Under the pieces are notes generated by a model. The model saw only the letters and a program-made list of their open reading frames with translations. It ran no database searches and was not told the origin of the DNA. A DNA stretch of 64,000 nucleotides, taken from positions 2,542,001 to 2,606,000 of the forward strand of contig JBITNC010000001.1 in assembly GCA_050084985.1 (NCBI GenBank), given 5' to 3'. The first letter of the stretch is position 1. Each line of letters begins with the position of its first letter. The translations under genes and the position numbers were made by a program. This document shows positions 12,806-27,212 of this stretch, piece after piece. The DNA comes from Nageia nagi. Lineage: Eukaryota > Plantae > Pinophyta.

Positions 12806-15800
12806 TGTTGGATATGGATCATCCTTTGCATGGGAAGTGCTGAGATTTTCTTATTTTCTACATGACATTGGTAGGATTTTTAAGGTTTCATCTAAATGTG
12901 AGGATGGGGGGTTTAGCCCATGGTTTTCTAATACCATGTTATGGTTTAGGGTTGAGGGTTTTCCTATATTCATTGTAATGAGCCATTTGTGGTGTATTAT
13001 ATTCATTATAAGCAATAATATATAAGGAGGAGAAGCTATTGACATCTTATTATTGTGTTTTGATTAATTTATTTATGCATTATCATTTCAAAATAGGTTT
13101 AGATAAGACTCTCCATCTGGTATCAAAGCTAAGGTTTTAGCCATAGAGGAATGGATTTATTACCATGGTCTAGTTTGTTTGAAGAGGATATAGGGTTTTA
13201 TGTATTTCAAAAAACCTATTCTGGAGCAGGAGCTTCATGTAGAAATATCTTGAAGAAAAAATATATACAAGTCAATCAAGTATCAAGATCAAAATATTTG
13301 ATAGAAAAATATTTGAGTTATGGAAGCTAAATATTGAGGATCTTCTCATGGATAGAGATTTGTCATCTATTATATTTGAAAAGAAACCAAATAGTACTTA
13401 CAATGAGGATTGGAAGAAGTTGAATTAGAAATAAAGGAATTTGATCTAATTGTATCTTATTGATTTAGTGTTGATTAAAGTTTCTAAAGAAAGATTGTAA
13501 AGGCTATTTAGGATAAGTTGGGAGATTTGCATCAAAGTAAGGTTCTTTGGGAGAAGTTAGGGGCTTTGTATCAAAGTAAAATCCCTATATGTATAAGGGA
13601 GATTCAGTAGTAGATCATCTCAATGCATTTAATAAGTTAGTGAGCCAACTTAAATCTATTTAACTTAAGATTGGAGAATATTATAAATGCATTGCATTTC
13701 TTTGCTCTCTACCATATTCATGGGATAATATATTCATAGCAATTGAGAGTAATTCTTTCAATTTACCCTTTGAAGATGTGATGGCATCTTTGTTATCAAA
13801 GGATTTAAGGAGAAAATCCATGGAGGGTAAATAAAAGGATTTCCTAATGGTAAGAGGACATGGAAAGGAAAAAGATAAGTTGAGATATGGTGATAGATCA
13901 AATTCTAGACATAGATCTAGTGGTATATTTAAGTACCAAGGTAGATCTGGTCCTAAATGTTAGAGTTGTGACAAGATTGTTCATATGAAGAAAGATTGTA
14001 GAGAAAAAAGTACAGATCTAGGAAAGAGATATGATGAATGCATTTCTACAAAGGCCAAGAAACCCAATGATGAAGTTGGGGATGCATATTTGGTATCTTT
14101 ATCCATATGAATGTATCATAATAATTGGGTAATCGATATGGGATCCTTCTATCATATCATTCCTCATAGGGATTGGTTATGTGGATATGAAGAATATGAT
14201 AAAGGGGAGGTGCTCTTGGGAGATTATATCCCTTGCATAATCATTTATTGTGGAAGGGTGAAAGTAAAGTTTCATGATGGTAGGATGAGAAACCTCCTAG
14301 GTGTAGTACACATTCCTCCTCATCTTGCTAGAAATTTGATTTCTATAAGCAAGATGATTGATGCATATGTAGAATTTAGTCTCATTAAGATTGGATGTAA
14401 AATAGTTTATGGATCAATGGTGTTCACATGAGGGGTTCATGATGGAACCATGTATAGGCTATTGGGAAGCATTATGATGTCTCAATGCAATAATGCATCT
14501 ATTTATGAGGCTAAATCAGATGGAACTTCGATTGATGAGTCAACACTATGGCATCAAATAATAGGACATATTGGATAAAAGAGATTATGAACTTTATATA
14601 AAAAAAGATATGGTTGAAGGCTTTCCTGATTATTCTATGGGTTTTGATTTATATGAGCATTTTCTTTATGGAAAGCAAAAATGTGTGAGTTTCCCATATG
14701 GTGCTACAAGATCTAAAGGAATTCTATATATGATCCATAGTGATATTTTTGATCTTGTTCCTATACCATCCCTTGGAAAATCAAGATACTATATTTCTTT
14801 TATTGATGATTTTTTGAGATATACATGATTGTTCCTATACCATTTAATTAAATTTTACTCTTATTTTGCTTTATGTATTATTGATGCATATCTTAGAACT
14901 ATTAAATAAGAAATTAAGTTTGAAGAGGAAAATCTTTAGGAATAGGCCATGAATGAAGAAATGATATCTTTGGAAAAGAATAAGACATGGGATTTGGTAG
15001 AATTTCTTGTTAAAAGAAAGGAAATTGGTTGCAAATGGGTCTTCAAGAAGAAGCATAATGCTAAAGGAAAAGTGGAGAAATATAAATCCCACCTTATTTC
15101 CAAAGGCTATTCACAAGTAAAGGGAATTGAATATGGTGAGGCATTTTCTCTTGTTACAAAGTTAACCTTAATAAGATGTCATTTTTTTGTGGTTGCTACA
15201 TTTAATCTAAAACTAGAGCAAATGTATGTGAAAATTACTTTTCTTCATGGAGACTTAGAGCAAGAAATTTATATGAAATATCCTAAATGATTTGTTAAGG
15301 AAGGAAAGGATAATATTATTTTTAAATTAAATAAATCTTTGTATAAACTTAAATAGTCACCTAAGATGTGGTATCAAAAATTTGATACTTATGTATTAGG
15401 ACTTGGTTTTATTCATAGTAATGTTGATCATTATATATATATGAATCAATTTGGTGATGATTTTATTATCATAATGTTGCATGTTGATGATATGTTATTG
15501 ATTAGGAACAATAATAAAATGGTTAGTTTTGTGAAGCCTTTGTTAGCACAACAGTTTTATATGAAAGATCTTAGACCTACAAATTACATTTTGGACATAA
15601 AAATAAGGATGGATATATCAAATAGAAAGTTGTGGATAGATTTAAAAAATTATGTTAAGACTTTATTGAAGAGATTCAATAAGCATGATTCCAAACCTAT
15701 GAAGACTCTTATAGCTTTGGGAACAAAATTATCTAATGAACAATGCCCAAAGATAAAATAAGAAGTTGAATAAACATTGTATGTTTCTTATGCAAATGCT

Positions 15801-16527
15801 AAAGTAATATGGTTGTAGAGATTATATGTTGATATTGGTTTTTCACAAGGAGCTATACAGGTGAATTATTATATCTAAAGTGTTATATTTCTAGCTAAGA
15901 ATCTTAATATTCATGCATAAACTAAGCACATTAATATTCATTACCACTTAATCAAGGACATGGTTGAACAAAAGAAAGTGTTACTGGAAAAAGTGGAAAT
16001 AGATGAAAATATTATTGATGCATTGACCAAGGTTGTTAGCATAGAGAAATTCATGTGGTGTACAAGAGAGATGGGTTTGGCTAGCCTAAGTGTTGGAGTA
16101 GATATATTTTACATTTTTTCTACAAAGTATTCACCAAGTGGGAGAATGTTGGATATGAATCATCCTTTACAAAAAATGTTTTAGGGATTTACTTAGATTT
16201 GCCTATTTTCCACATGGCATTGGTAGGATTTCTAAGATTTCATCTAAGTGCAAGGATTAGTGGCTTAGAACATAGTTTTCTAATACCAAGTTGTAGTTTA
16301 GGATTGAGGGTTTTCTTATATATTTATTTTAATGAGATATTTATGGTGTATTGTATTCATTAAAAGCAATAATATAGAAGGAGAGGAAACTCTTGACATG
16401 TTGGAGTAGCCCACATTGGGTAAACTATGGTAAATCTTGTATGTTCATTATGATTGTGTGATTGTTATGTTTTGATTAATTTATTTTTGTATTATAATTT
16501 TTAAATAGTTTAATATAATATTATTCA
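12806..16527 (+). mobile_element. Internally deleted Ty1/copia element, Tork/Tnt1-like
   Basis: LTRs 12806-13115 and 16147-16527 (TGTTGGATATG..CA); PBS TGGTATCAAAGC 13118-13129; PPT AAGTGGGAGAA 16136-16146; decayed gag, WVIDMG protease, and RT (HVDDML). Integrase core and part of RT/RH are missing. TSD only partly matches (TCCAA/TGTAA). Confidence 0.9.
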
Positions 16528-18324
16528 TGTAAATCATGCACCAAATTGGTCATGACTTCCCTAATGACATGCATAAAAAATATGGAGGTGCAGATTTCAC
16601 TAGACACCATGAGGGAGTGAAGGTGGATAAGAGGTTGTAGGAGGGTCATGAGGTACACAAGAGTAAGGAAGAGGGGTTTTAGGCCATGAAGGGAGACACC
16701 TTAGTCCATATAATCAAGAATTATGCCCATGGAGAAATAAGAAACACTCTAAGTGATACCATACAAAGTTGAGGAGTGTCTCAAATCCAAACAATAAGGG
16801 TCCAAACAATGCACAACGTCAAATATGCCATCGTGAGATGAGAGAATGGGTGAGGGAGGGAGTGAAAACCTTATTCATTAGGATTTTTTAATATTAAATA
16901 ACACTCCAACTATATCATTACACCTTTCCTAGTATCCACTTAAGTGTGTGAAAGATCAAAGGAATGAGGATCGTGAAGGTAGGGATGCATGTGAGGCTAC
17001 ATGCGATAGTGAGAGATTAATATAGATGTTAACATAGAATAAGGGAGCATTCAGTAGGAAGTTCCACTATATATACTTAATTACCAACATACCATAAAGC
17101 ACTAGACCCATAAAAAATGTAGTTATGGAAGCTCCACGATGGTGCCATAAGAAGGGGCATACACATAAAGGAGTAGTAGCATCATTCGGCTAGCTAAGAG
17201 GAGCAATGAAGTTGTAAAGAAAAAAGGCTTAAAAGGTAGATGATATATCAACAATATGCATCTAATGAGCCTTTGTGTTGTAGAGGATAAAGAGAGAAGA
17301 GGCACAAATGATCCATGAGCTAAGTAGAGCAAGTCTTCATGATGAACATCCAAAAGCCTCATGAATCGAGGCCAAATTTGATTGGAAAGATAGGTGTTTC
17401 AAACATGCATTTAAAAACACAAATGCATTATTCATAATATCAAAGTGAATTGAATTAAAATAAATTCATAAATACTTTTATGAATGCTTGCAAAAATAGC
17501 CTTCCTAGATACCATAAAGAGAGTCATTTCCAAGAGCTCACAAATTTGTAGAGCACCAAAAAAGTGAAGAGAGAAGCTCAAACAATTGAAATTGATTACT
17601 TATTTATGCACATGATATGTGTTAAATATGCATACAATGAAGGATAAACCATGGTTGGATAGCACATGCTATTGGAAGATCTATGGTGAGTAGTTATTAT
17701 GAAAATATTTTGTAGAATTACATGTATCTCATAATTAATATCCATATGTACACTAAAAAAAACTTATTCAATGCTATAAAAATACATAATATGTTAGTAC
17801 ACACAAGATTTTAAAGATATAACATAATATATGCTTTTCTAAATTTGAATGATGCAAAGATAAGAGTAAAGATATATTTTAAACTTAAACTTATGCTTCA
17901 AGAACTTATAATAATGATAAATAAGCCTAAATGCATCTAAGAAAGGTAAGGGGACCTCAAATTTAGGCCCCTTAAGAAATATAAACAAGCTTGGAGTGAT
18001 TTTCCTCACTCCAAATGGCAATGTGAGCCCCCTAGCCTCCAATCAATGAAGACAACAAATATAAGAATGCCTATTATGCAAAGTGAGTATGCCTATATGT
18101 GCTTTGAAAAATTGGAATGATGCTTTTGAATAATTAGAATGGATCTAACCAATAACTTATGCAATTTAACCACAAATATAATTTAAAACCTTCAATATAT
18201 TTTAAACCCTACAAATGTTATAGATCTTTAAAGATCCTTAGATCCAAAGGATCCAAGGATACCCACAAAGTCTAAATATATATTTATACCATAAATAAGT
18301 GAACATATGGAGCAATTATGTATA

Positions 18325-18328
<4 letters not shown>

Positions 18329-18372
<44 letters not shown>
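18329..18372. repeat. (AT)22 microsatellite
   Basis: Perfect dinucleotide run. Confidence 0.97.
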
Positions 18373-18375
<3 letters not shown>

Positions 18376-19080
18376 AATTATGATGATTTAGCCTAAATAA
18401 GTATACTAAATGCACACAATTTTATTGATGGATACAAAACTTGAAGATTCCAAGCATTCCCATGGTGAATTCTTGCATGTACCTACAAAAACCATGAGAA
18501 TACACAAACATGTGCAATATGATATCAATCTAGGTATAAATACATCATATAAATATTACCAAGTATGCATGGAACCAAGCTTTAAGAGATTGAGGTTGAA
18601 ATCCTTGATTCTTCCAAACCCTATCATACAATCTTGGAACAATTTTGAGAGCAAAAATTGTAAGTGAGCATGAACAATAATGATTAGGACTATATTTCCT
18701 ATTTTTACATTTTATTTTATATCATACTCATAAATTAAGGTTAGGTGTCTAGGAAATACCCTTTTGTGCTTTATTTTGCTTTTAAGTGATTATTGCTCCT
18801 TTTGATTTATTTTAGCACTTTATGAAATATTTTGCTTTTTAGAACATTTGAATAATTTATTTTTACTCATTAAGATATTAGAAAATAGACAAAATTAAAA
18901 TTTAGAATTAAGCATATCAATACATTTAACCCATATTATAAGAAAAATGTTATTTTTGGGCATCTAAATTTTACCCTTATTGGACGAAGTCTTTTGCAAA
19001 TAAGACTTGGTTCAATATGTCTAGATAAATGTGTTTTTATTTTGCAATCATTTTGAACATTTGAAATCATTTTAAAAAAG

Positions 19081-19580
19081 GTGTAAAATTTGAACCAACT
19101 TATATAGTATTTTATACCTACAAAACCTATGTAAAGTTGTTCATGACATGTTTCCAAGAAGTGTAAAATTTGAACCAACTTATATAGTATTTGATGCCCG
19201 TTAAACCTATCCAAAGTTGTTCATGACGTAGAATTTTGAACAAACTTATATCTTATTTGATCATTGTTTATGTCAAACCTATGCAAAGTGTTCGTGAAAT
19301 AGAACTTTGAACCACTTATATAGTATTTGAAAATGGTTTTCATCAAACCTATGCAAAGTGTTCGTGAAATGGAATTTTGAACCACTTACATGGTATTTGA
19401 TAATGGCTTACATCAAACCTATATAAAGCATTCATGAAATGGAACTTTGAATCACTTATATAGTATTTGATTATGGTTTACATCAAACTTATGCAAAGTG
19501 TTTGTGAAATGGAACTTTGAACCACTTATATAGTATTTGACAATGGCTTATGTTGAACCTATGCAAAGTCATTCATGAAG
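19081..19580. repeat. Tandem array, 70-bp unit, 7 copies
   Basis: Unit GAACTTTGAACCACTTATATAGTATTTGA..ATGG.TT.CATCAAACCTATGCAAAGTGTTCGTGAAAT recurs at 19301, 19371, 19441, 19511, with more divergent copies at 19081, 19161, 19230. Confidence 0.93.
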
Positions 19581-21685
19581 TGTTAAGCACGTAGACTTAC
19601 TAGCAAGTACATAGTCTTGCTAAAAAAATTGAAATTTGATATTTTTTTATCCTGAAAAATGGAAACTTTTTATAATGTTTGAAAGTAAAATCAAAGCTTT
19701 TTTGCATTTAAAAAATTGAAATTTTACATTTTGAACTTTTAAACTTTGAAAATTTTGTAAAATAACCTTAAAATCAAATCTTTTTGAAGGTGTTAACCCC
19801 CTCAAATGATATTGTGTTGATCGATGTGGACAACATAAAATTGTTTGAAAAAGGTAAGGTTGTATATATACATATATATATATAAACCTACCCTAATTTA
19901 GAATTTTAAGTAAAATAAAAGGGTTCTAGGAATCAAATAACTATTTTGAAAATATTTTTAAGCATGAATTTAATCAAATGTAGCAATTTTAGCATTAATT
20001 TGGGTAAAATAAAAGTCAAAAGTTACCATTTTTGACTTTTTTTTTTACCCTTAGCAAGTGTGAATTTTGGAGAAGAAGAGAGACCAATTGACCATGGTAG
20101 TGGATGAGGCACCTCAAACTCCCATTAGTATTGGAAAACCACACCCTAGACTCTAAGTAGGTTTTTTGAACCTTTGCTTTGAATTTTTCCAACTTTGAAG
20201 ATTTTATGCATATTTTGATTGATTTTTTAGCAAATTTTAAAATTTCCCCGAACTATGCAAAAATGCTTCGAATTGGTACTATGAATTTTCTTATTTCATG
20301 ATTAAATCACTAGAAAAATAATCCCATATCTAGATTTACCTCATTTTTCAAGAATTTAAAAAACCAAGTTTCCAAAAAATTAGAAAAGAGGGTTTTCCAC
20401 TTTGTTTTTTGCTCATTGTGACCAAACAGGGTACCAAATTCAAAACTAGATAGATACCCACCAAGTTTTTTTCCCCAATCATATTTTTGCAAATTTAAAA
20501 TCATAAAAAGGTAAAAAACTAAATTTTCAAGGTAAAAAATAGCTACATAGCCTGGGGCATAGTACGAACTATGCTTAGAAGTCAGGTACACTGTGCCTAA
20601 GCTAGGTAGATTGCACCTTAGCTGGGCATACTCTATCTAAGGCCAAGCACACTGTAGCTTGGTTGTTGCACCTATTTTTATCTCAATTTGCTCATTTTTT
20701 TATGATTTTGGACCTCTAGTTTGCCTCTAAATCATGATTTGTCATGTTTTAGCCATATTTAACTATGTGCAAATAAGATTTGATCATGTTTTAATATGAA
20801 TTCGTTTGATTTGTGCAAGAAAACTTTCTAAAACTTGTCCAAAAATCTGAGTTGATTATTACACTCAAAGGGATGTTACAAAATTGTTGTGAATGCTTTG
20901 TGATATATTATTGTACTATTGTAAAACTCTAAAAATTGTAACAGTACTCCCTAATTTAAGATATTGCATAGTTTTAAGCTTTGTGAGTAAATGGTTGTAA
21001 AATCAAAAAATTTTGCACTTTTCTTGGAATATTATCATAAATTTTTTACCAAATTAACACTTCATAGTGCAAAATAATTGTTGCATGCTTATCAACCACT
21101 AAAATAATTGCATAATTGTATGTAATTATTTACCAAGAATAAAACACAGTTGGCCCAATGCATCGAATGGTAAGTCTTCTTGGTAAGAATGTATTATTGC
21201 CAAATTATTAAAATATTAAATATGCAAATTTTCTTGAACATGCAATGTAGTTATTTAAAAAATTTACCATACAATTAATGTTATTAATATTTTATCAAAT
21301 TGTGATGATAGATGCATATTTCCCTTGTATGAACTATGAATTATCATGCTACAAATTAATCATAAACCATTTTATAAAGTTAGTTTGCTTTGTTTAGATA
21401 AAGTGAATGTAGTGGTAAGAGACAAATTGATTGGTGAGAACACAACAAGCAACTCACATCATGATGTTACACTCAAAGTGAACATAATAATAAGATGAAG
21501 GAATGACAGAGAGGACATACTAAATTTTGAAAGTTTGAATTAGAGTTTTTAAGTTTTTGCAAAAGGTTTTTTGAACATAGCAATATAATAATAACACACA
21601 TTATCTTTTGAAACAACTTGAGGAGACTTTATTTATGCAACATCACTTTCATGATTAATGGTTCGAGCTCTAGAAATACATGTAG

Positions 21686-22620
21686 GTGATAGGGTGTATG
21701 TGGCTTCATAGTGTGGGATTGGGCTATACTAGTATGATACACAAGGTTGTAGCTAGATTTGGATACATTACATCCTTATGTGAGAGGTGGGATCCACCCA
21801 CCAATACTTTTTATTTACCAATTAGTGAATGGACAATGAATTTGGAGGATGGTTGGAGGATCATGCAGATTTCAACCAAGGTTACCCTAGTCATCAGGCT
21901 ATCAGATGAGGTTGGATAGGAGGTAGCAATTATTCAAATAGTGGGGTAACACTATCACTATCTGATATGGGGGTTAGGTGGATTCAACTATGAGCACATG
22001 TATAGGTATGAGATCACTAATCACATGACCTTATTCATGATGATACTAATATTAGGGTTTATTTAACCAAATGCTTTTGGGTGTTGATTTCCTTGGAAGC
22101 TATGCCAGGTGCTTCATAATATGTAAGAGGATACCATAGTGTTCACCTTGGGTCTAACTTTTTTAGCTCAATTATACCATGACCTATGGGAGATGGTTGA
22201 GGGTATTTGTATAGGGATAGGTTGTTCACTATTCTTGTAAGTATGGGGATGGGAAAATATCATAGTGGCACAATCCATAGGCCTTCCCTTTGATATTCAT
22301 GTTGATGATACATTGATATTTGATGAGCTGAGAAATGACATGCCTTACATGATGTGATGGGAACACCACCATAAGCTAAGGGGAGATTGGATTCATGGAG
22401 GCTAAGTAGCCCATTATAGACTAGAGATGTTCAAATAGTTGATACCCATAGAGATGATATGGAGACCCTATAAGAATGGTCTAACATGAGTACATGACCA
22501 AGTACATATTTCACACATCAAGCAAGAAATATAGATGAGGAATTATTGAGACAAGGCTAAGTATTTTGTTTGATCAAATGACTCACCAATTTGGGTAGGT
22601 TTAGAATGTACCTTTGAATT
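21686..22620 (+). pseudogene. Plant mobile domain (PMD, aminotransferase-like / MAIN-MAIL type) relic 1
   Basis: Ordered PMD motifs: ITSLCERWDPPTNTFYLPISEWTMNLED, FTLGLTFLAQLYHDL, GCSLFL*VWGWENI, IWRPY, DQMTHQFG; many stops. Confidence 0.8.
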
Positions 22621-25600
22621 TTTACAAATATTTAAAACTCTTTACAAAATTCTTCACACAACTTCTTTTCTCAAGAAAAATATCTTTACAAAGCACCAAT
22701 AAGGTTCACATTATTCTCAATTTGTAGTCTTCAAATTTTGGATCCAATATAAAGAATTTTCTAAATTGAAGCTTTATTATGAATTTTATTATGAAATACA
22801 CTTTAAAATCTTTAAATTAATGTTAGGCTCAAATTTTAATTAAATTTAAAAAATTAAAATTATATTATGAAAATACACTTTAAATTAATGTCGAGCTCAA
22901 ATTTTGATTAAATTTAAAAAAAAAATATATTATTATTTATTTAAATTTAAAAGGGAGATAAAAAAGGATGCTAATTGTTAGGGTTGTGATGTAGCAATGT
23001 GTTTGAGGGGGTGTGGTGGGTGAGGACAAAGGTGGTATTTCATGTTAAGTGGGATAAAGCGGGTTAGATTTGGGCACCATGCAAGCATTTTAGATGAGTA
23101 GGTAGAGCGTTAGATCAAACAACCAAACTAGGCATACAAGCTAGCAAAGGTTGAGTTGGCTCCACATTGATATCCATGAAGTGCAAGGCACTCCATGGTG
23201 TAAGAAAAAGGTGGGTCCAATGCAAGTTGGTTTGGGTAAAAAGGCAAGATGGTTTGGTGAGCATGCAAGTATGGGTTCAGGCATGGGTCATACAACAACT
23301 ACACGGTAGGGTCCTCCATAGGGTTTAGGGTGTTGAGAATTAACAACATTTGATTTGAAGATTAGATCTTAAATGTTAACTTTTTTCTTTTTTTGATCAA
23401 ATTTATGACCCTTGTGTGTTTTAACTTTGAACATTGCCATGTTCTAGAAATGCCTATGCATTTCTAAAATGTTAATGATATTTCTAAGAAGCTTTCTAAA
23501 TGCCCCACATTTAATTAAAAGATTCATTTGTGAAGATTCTTTGCATTATTTCTTGGACTTTTTAAAATGGTTACTCATCAATTTTGAGCATATTCTTGTT
23601 GTAATGGATTCCTTATAAATCATGTAGGTTATAACAACAATTAGGTTTTCTTCTTGAGTATTGTACAATAGTTATGTTGAGATTTATAAATTTTTGCTTC
23701 TTCTAGCTTAGTTGTGTGAGCTTAGGATACCCAATTGCTATTTGAGACTATTGTTATGTTTAATAATTTCATTAATGTTCATTGAAAGTTATGTTATTTT
23801 CATATTGTAATCATGGCTCATTTTATGTATGCTACATTGATTATATTTGAGTTATTTGATCTTTTTATAACTCTCATTATGGTATCAGATCCTAGGTTGG
23901 TTTTGTGGGTTTGAGTAATCTTATGGATTATTTTTAGCAATATCAAAGGTTATTTTTAAAAGATTGATTTTTTGTTGTCTTAGTATAATGGCTAGCAACA
24001 CAAACACTCTCTCAATCCTAGAATTTTATAGGACATATTATGAGTACTGGAGCATAAAAATGAAGAATTTGCTCATGGGAAAATATTTATGGGAAGTAAT
24101 TATGGATGGCTACATTGAAACTAGATCACTGGGGTGATCTCATAGTAGCTAAAGAGCTAATAATAAAGAAGGCCAAAAAAAATTATCTTGCTCTCTACCA
24201 TCTCTAATCTACACTTGAGAAGAGCATATTTCCAAGGATTGTTGGGTGTACTATAGCTCAACAAGTATGAATAGCCTTGAGAGATAGTGATTAGGTGAAA
24301 CAAGGGAAGATACAAACTCTTAGAAGAGATTTTGATAACCTAAAAATGCAAGAAAATAAATCATTTGGACATTATTGTGTAAGAGTGAAATTCATTGTCA
24401 ATAAAATGGCCACTCTTGGAGATAACTTGGATAAGGAAGTTATATTAAAAAAGGTGCTAAGAACACTTACTACTAAGTGAAATCATGTGGTCATTATCAT
24501 AGAGGAGAGTAAAAATATCTCAACTCTGGATTTTATCAGCTTAGTGGCTCTTTCATGTCACATGAGGAGAGGCTCAAAGACACTATTATTGTTGTTAGTG
24601 TGGAAGAAAAAGCATTTACTACAAAAAAGGTTGAGGAAAGGTCAAGTGGACAAGGAAGAGGCTAAGGGAGAGGCTAGCCTTATTATAAAGGTATAGGAAG
24701 AGGTATAGGTGGATCAACTCAAAGAGGTAGATCCAAAGGCAATGTGGATAAAAGAAATATGCACTGTTATCATTGTAATAAGTTTTGGCATTTTGAGAGG
24801 GAGTATAAATTAAAGCAAGTTGCAAATGAAGGGAGATCAACACACTATGGGTGAAGAGGAGCATAATGAAGAGCATATTTTGTTCTTATCTTTGAATTAG
24901 ACTTATGATAAAACTCTTGAAGAGCAATGGATACTTGATATTGGTTGCTCCAACCATATGATAGGGAAGGAGGGGATGCTCCAATTCATGGACCATGATT
25001 ACAAGTCCAACATAAGGCTTAAAAATAATAAAGCATTGGAGGTGGTTGGAAAAGGGGTTCTTCAAGTAAATACAAGCCAAGGTTAGAAAAGTGTCCAAGA
25101 TATTTACTACACTCTAGATCTAAAATATAGTTTATTAAGTGTTGGGAACATGGTGGAGAAGAATTATAAATTAGTTTTTGAAGATAAGAAATGTGAAAAT
25201 TTTGACAAAAATCATGGGCATAGGCATGTTACTATTTTTCATATGATCAGTAATAGATTGTTTCTAATAAATTTTGGAGAACAAGGGGGCATCTAGCTTG
25301 CAAATATGGTTGTTGATAACATGCCATGTTTGTGGCATCTTATACTTGACCATCTAAATTTTAATAGTTTGAAGTTATCTCCTGATCTTGTTCATGGTTT
25401 GCCAAAGGTGGATGATCCAAAGGCTATTTGTGAAGGGTGTGCATTAGGAAAGCACTCAAGACATAAATTTGATAAAGGAAAAGCATGGAGGGCCTCACAC
25501 ACACTTGAATTGATCCACTATGATATTTTTGGCCCTATGAAAACTTTGAGTTTGGTGAAAATTCCTACTTTCTTACTTTTATTAATGATTACTCCATAAT

Positions 25601-26757
25601 TTGTTGGGTATTATTAATTAAACACAAGGATGAAGCTTTTTTTGTTTCCAAGAATTCAAAATCAAAGTAGAAAATCAGAGTGGAAAGAATATCAAATGCT
25701 TGAGAAGTGATAGGGGTGGAGAGCTTTGTTATAATGAATTTTTCCAATTTTGTAAAGACTTTGATATTAAGAGGTATCTCATAGTTGTATATACTCCATA
25801 ACAAATGGAGTAGTCGAATAGAAGAATAAAACCCTTGTTAAAATGGCAAGGAGTATGTTGCAAACAAAAAAATTGCATATTATGTATTGGCTTAATGCAT
25901 TTAGAACAGTTGTGTATATTTTGAATAGGAATCCCACTAGTAGCAATTAGCATAGAGAACATGACTCCTTATAAAGCATGGAATGAGAAGAAGCCTATAG
26001 TGAGGCACTTAAAAATGTTTGGGTGTTTGGCATATACTCATGTGCTAAATGAGAATAGGAGGAAACTTGATTCCAAGAATGAAGCTTACAATCCCAAAAC
26101 TTGCAAGATTATTATCTCAAGATATATCATTTTTGATGTAGGGGGAGTTTATGGTAAGCAAAAATTGTATATTGATGATGGTACTATGTAGCCCAGCCAT
26201 GTGGTGAGCCCAAGTGTGAAGAGTAGTGTCCATCCTCGCCAAGGAAACTCTTCAACTATGAAGGTTAATGTGCAACCCAACCTTCAAATTCAGACACCAA
26301 TAAATCCACTATCCAGCCCTCCACCAGTCTAAAGTCTAGTAGTTTCAACCCCTCTTCAAGTGAAAACTATCCAAATATGATTGGTGATGTGATGAAGACT
26401 AAGAGAGGTAAAAAAAAAATTAAAAACCATCCTCCATCTCAAGTTTTGGATCAGAATTTTTATCAAAGACTTACTAGAATCCAACACCATGAAATGGATC
26501 AAATTTTCCAAAGACTTAAGAACATCCACATGTATGGAGATGCAAGTGAGCATGAGCCCAAAGGATATGTTGTAAATTATACATTACTTGCTTCCCATAA
26601 AGGTATTATTTTATATTTTGAACCATATTGCTAGATGAAAGCTTATACCAAAGATATGTGGTTGAAAGCCATGCAAGAGGAGATAAATTCCATTGTGAAA
26701 AATGATACTTGAGAGCTTTGTGAGTTTTCCAAAGGAAAGAGGTGTGTGTGCACTAAA

Positions 26758-27212
26758 TATTAGAATTTGTAATGTAATTTGGAGAATTAATGTTTACCTC
26801 TATGTAACCAAATAAACACTTGAAGTATCACTAGATACCCTTAAGTGTTTAATGAATATTATATTGTGGAACCTTAACCCTACCTTTGAGTAAAAGGGAG
26901 GTTAAAGTGGGATTTTATCCTATAAATAGAAGGCCTCCCCTCTTGTAATACACACAAGTTTTAGGAGCAATGTTATGCTCAAAGAATGGTTGTAGGAGAA
27001 GTAGGATTGTAGATTGTAAGAGAGTCCATCTAGAGTAATCAGATCTTATTTAGTGGATGTACTCCCAAGAAGGGAGGAACCACTTTATATTGTGTCTCTT
27101 GTGTATTTTTGAGATTGGAAATTGTTGTTATGCTTATGTTTAGTTGAGTTGAGTGTATCCTACAAGTGATCTTGGTGATTAGGAATTAATTAGGATAGGA
27201 TTGATGCCTTCA
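26758..27212 (+). mobile_element. Solo LTR of copia family B inserted in the RT of A2
   Basis: Perfect 5-bp TSD CTAAA (26753-26757, 27213-27217). Removing it restores C-V-C-T-K-W-V-Y-K. It is homologous (reverse complement) to LTRs 10852-11355 and 54962-55489 and ends CCTTCA. Confidence 0.93.

Noticed and set aside
19081-19580. CRISPR-like array
   Set aside because: Whole units repeat with no unique spacers, there are no cas genes, and the context is eukaryotic.
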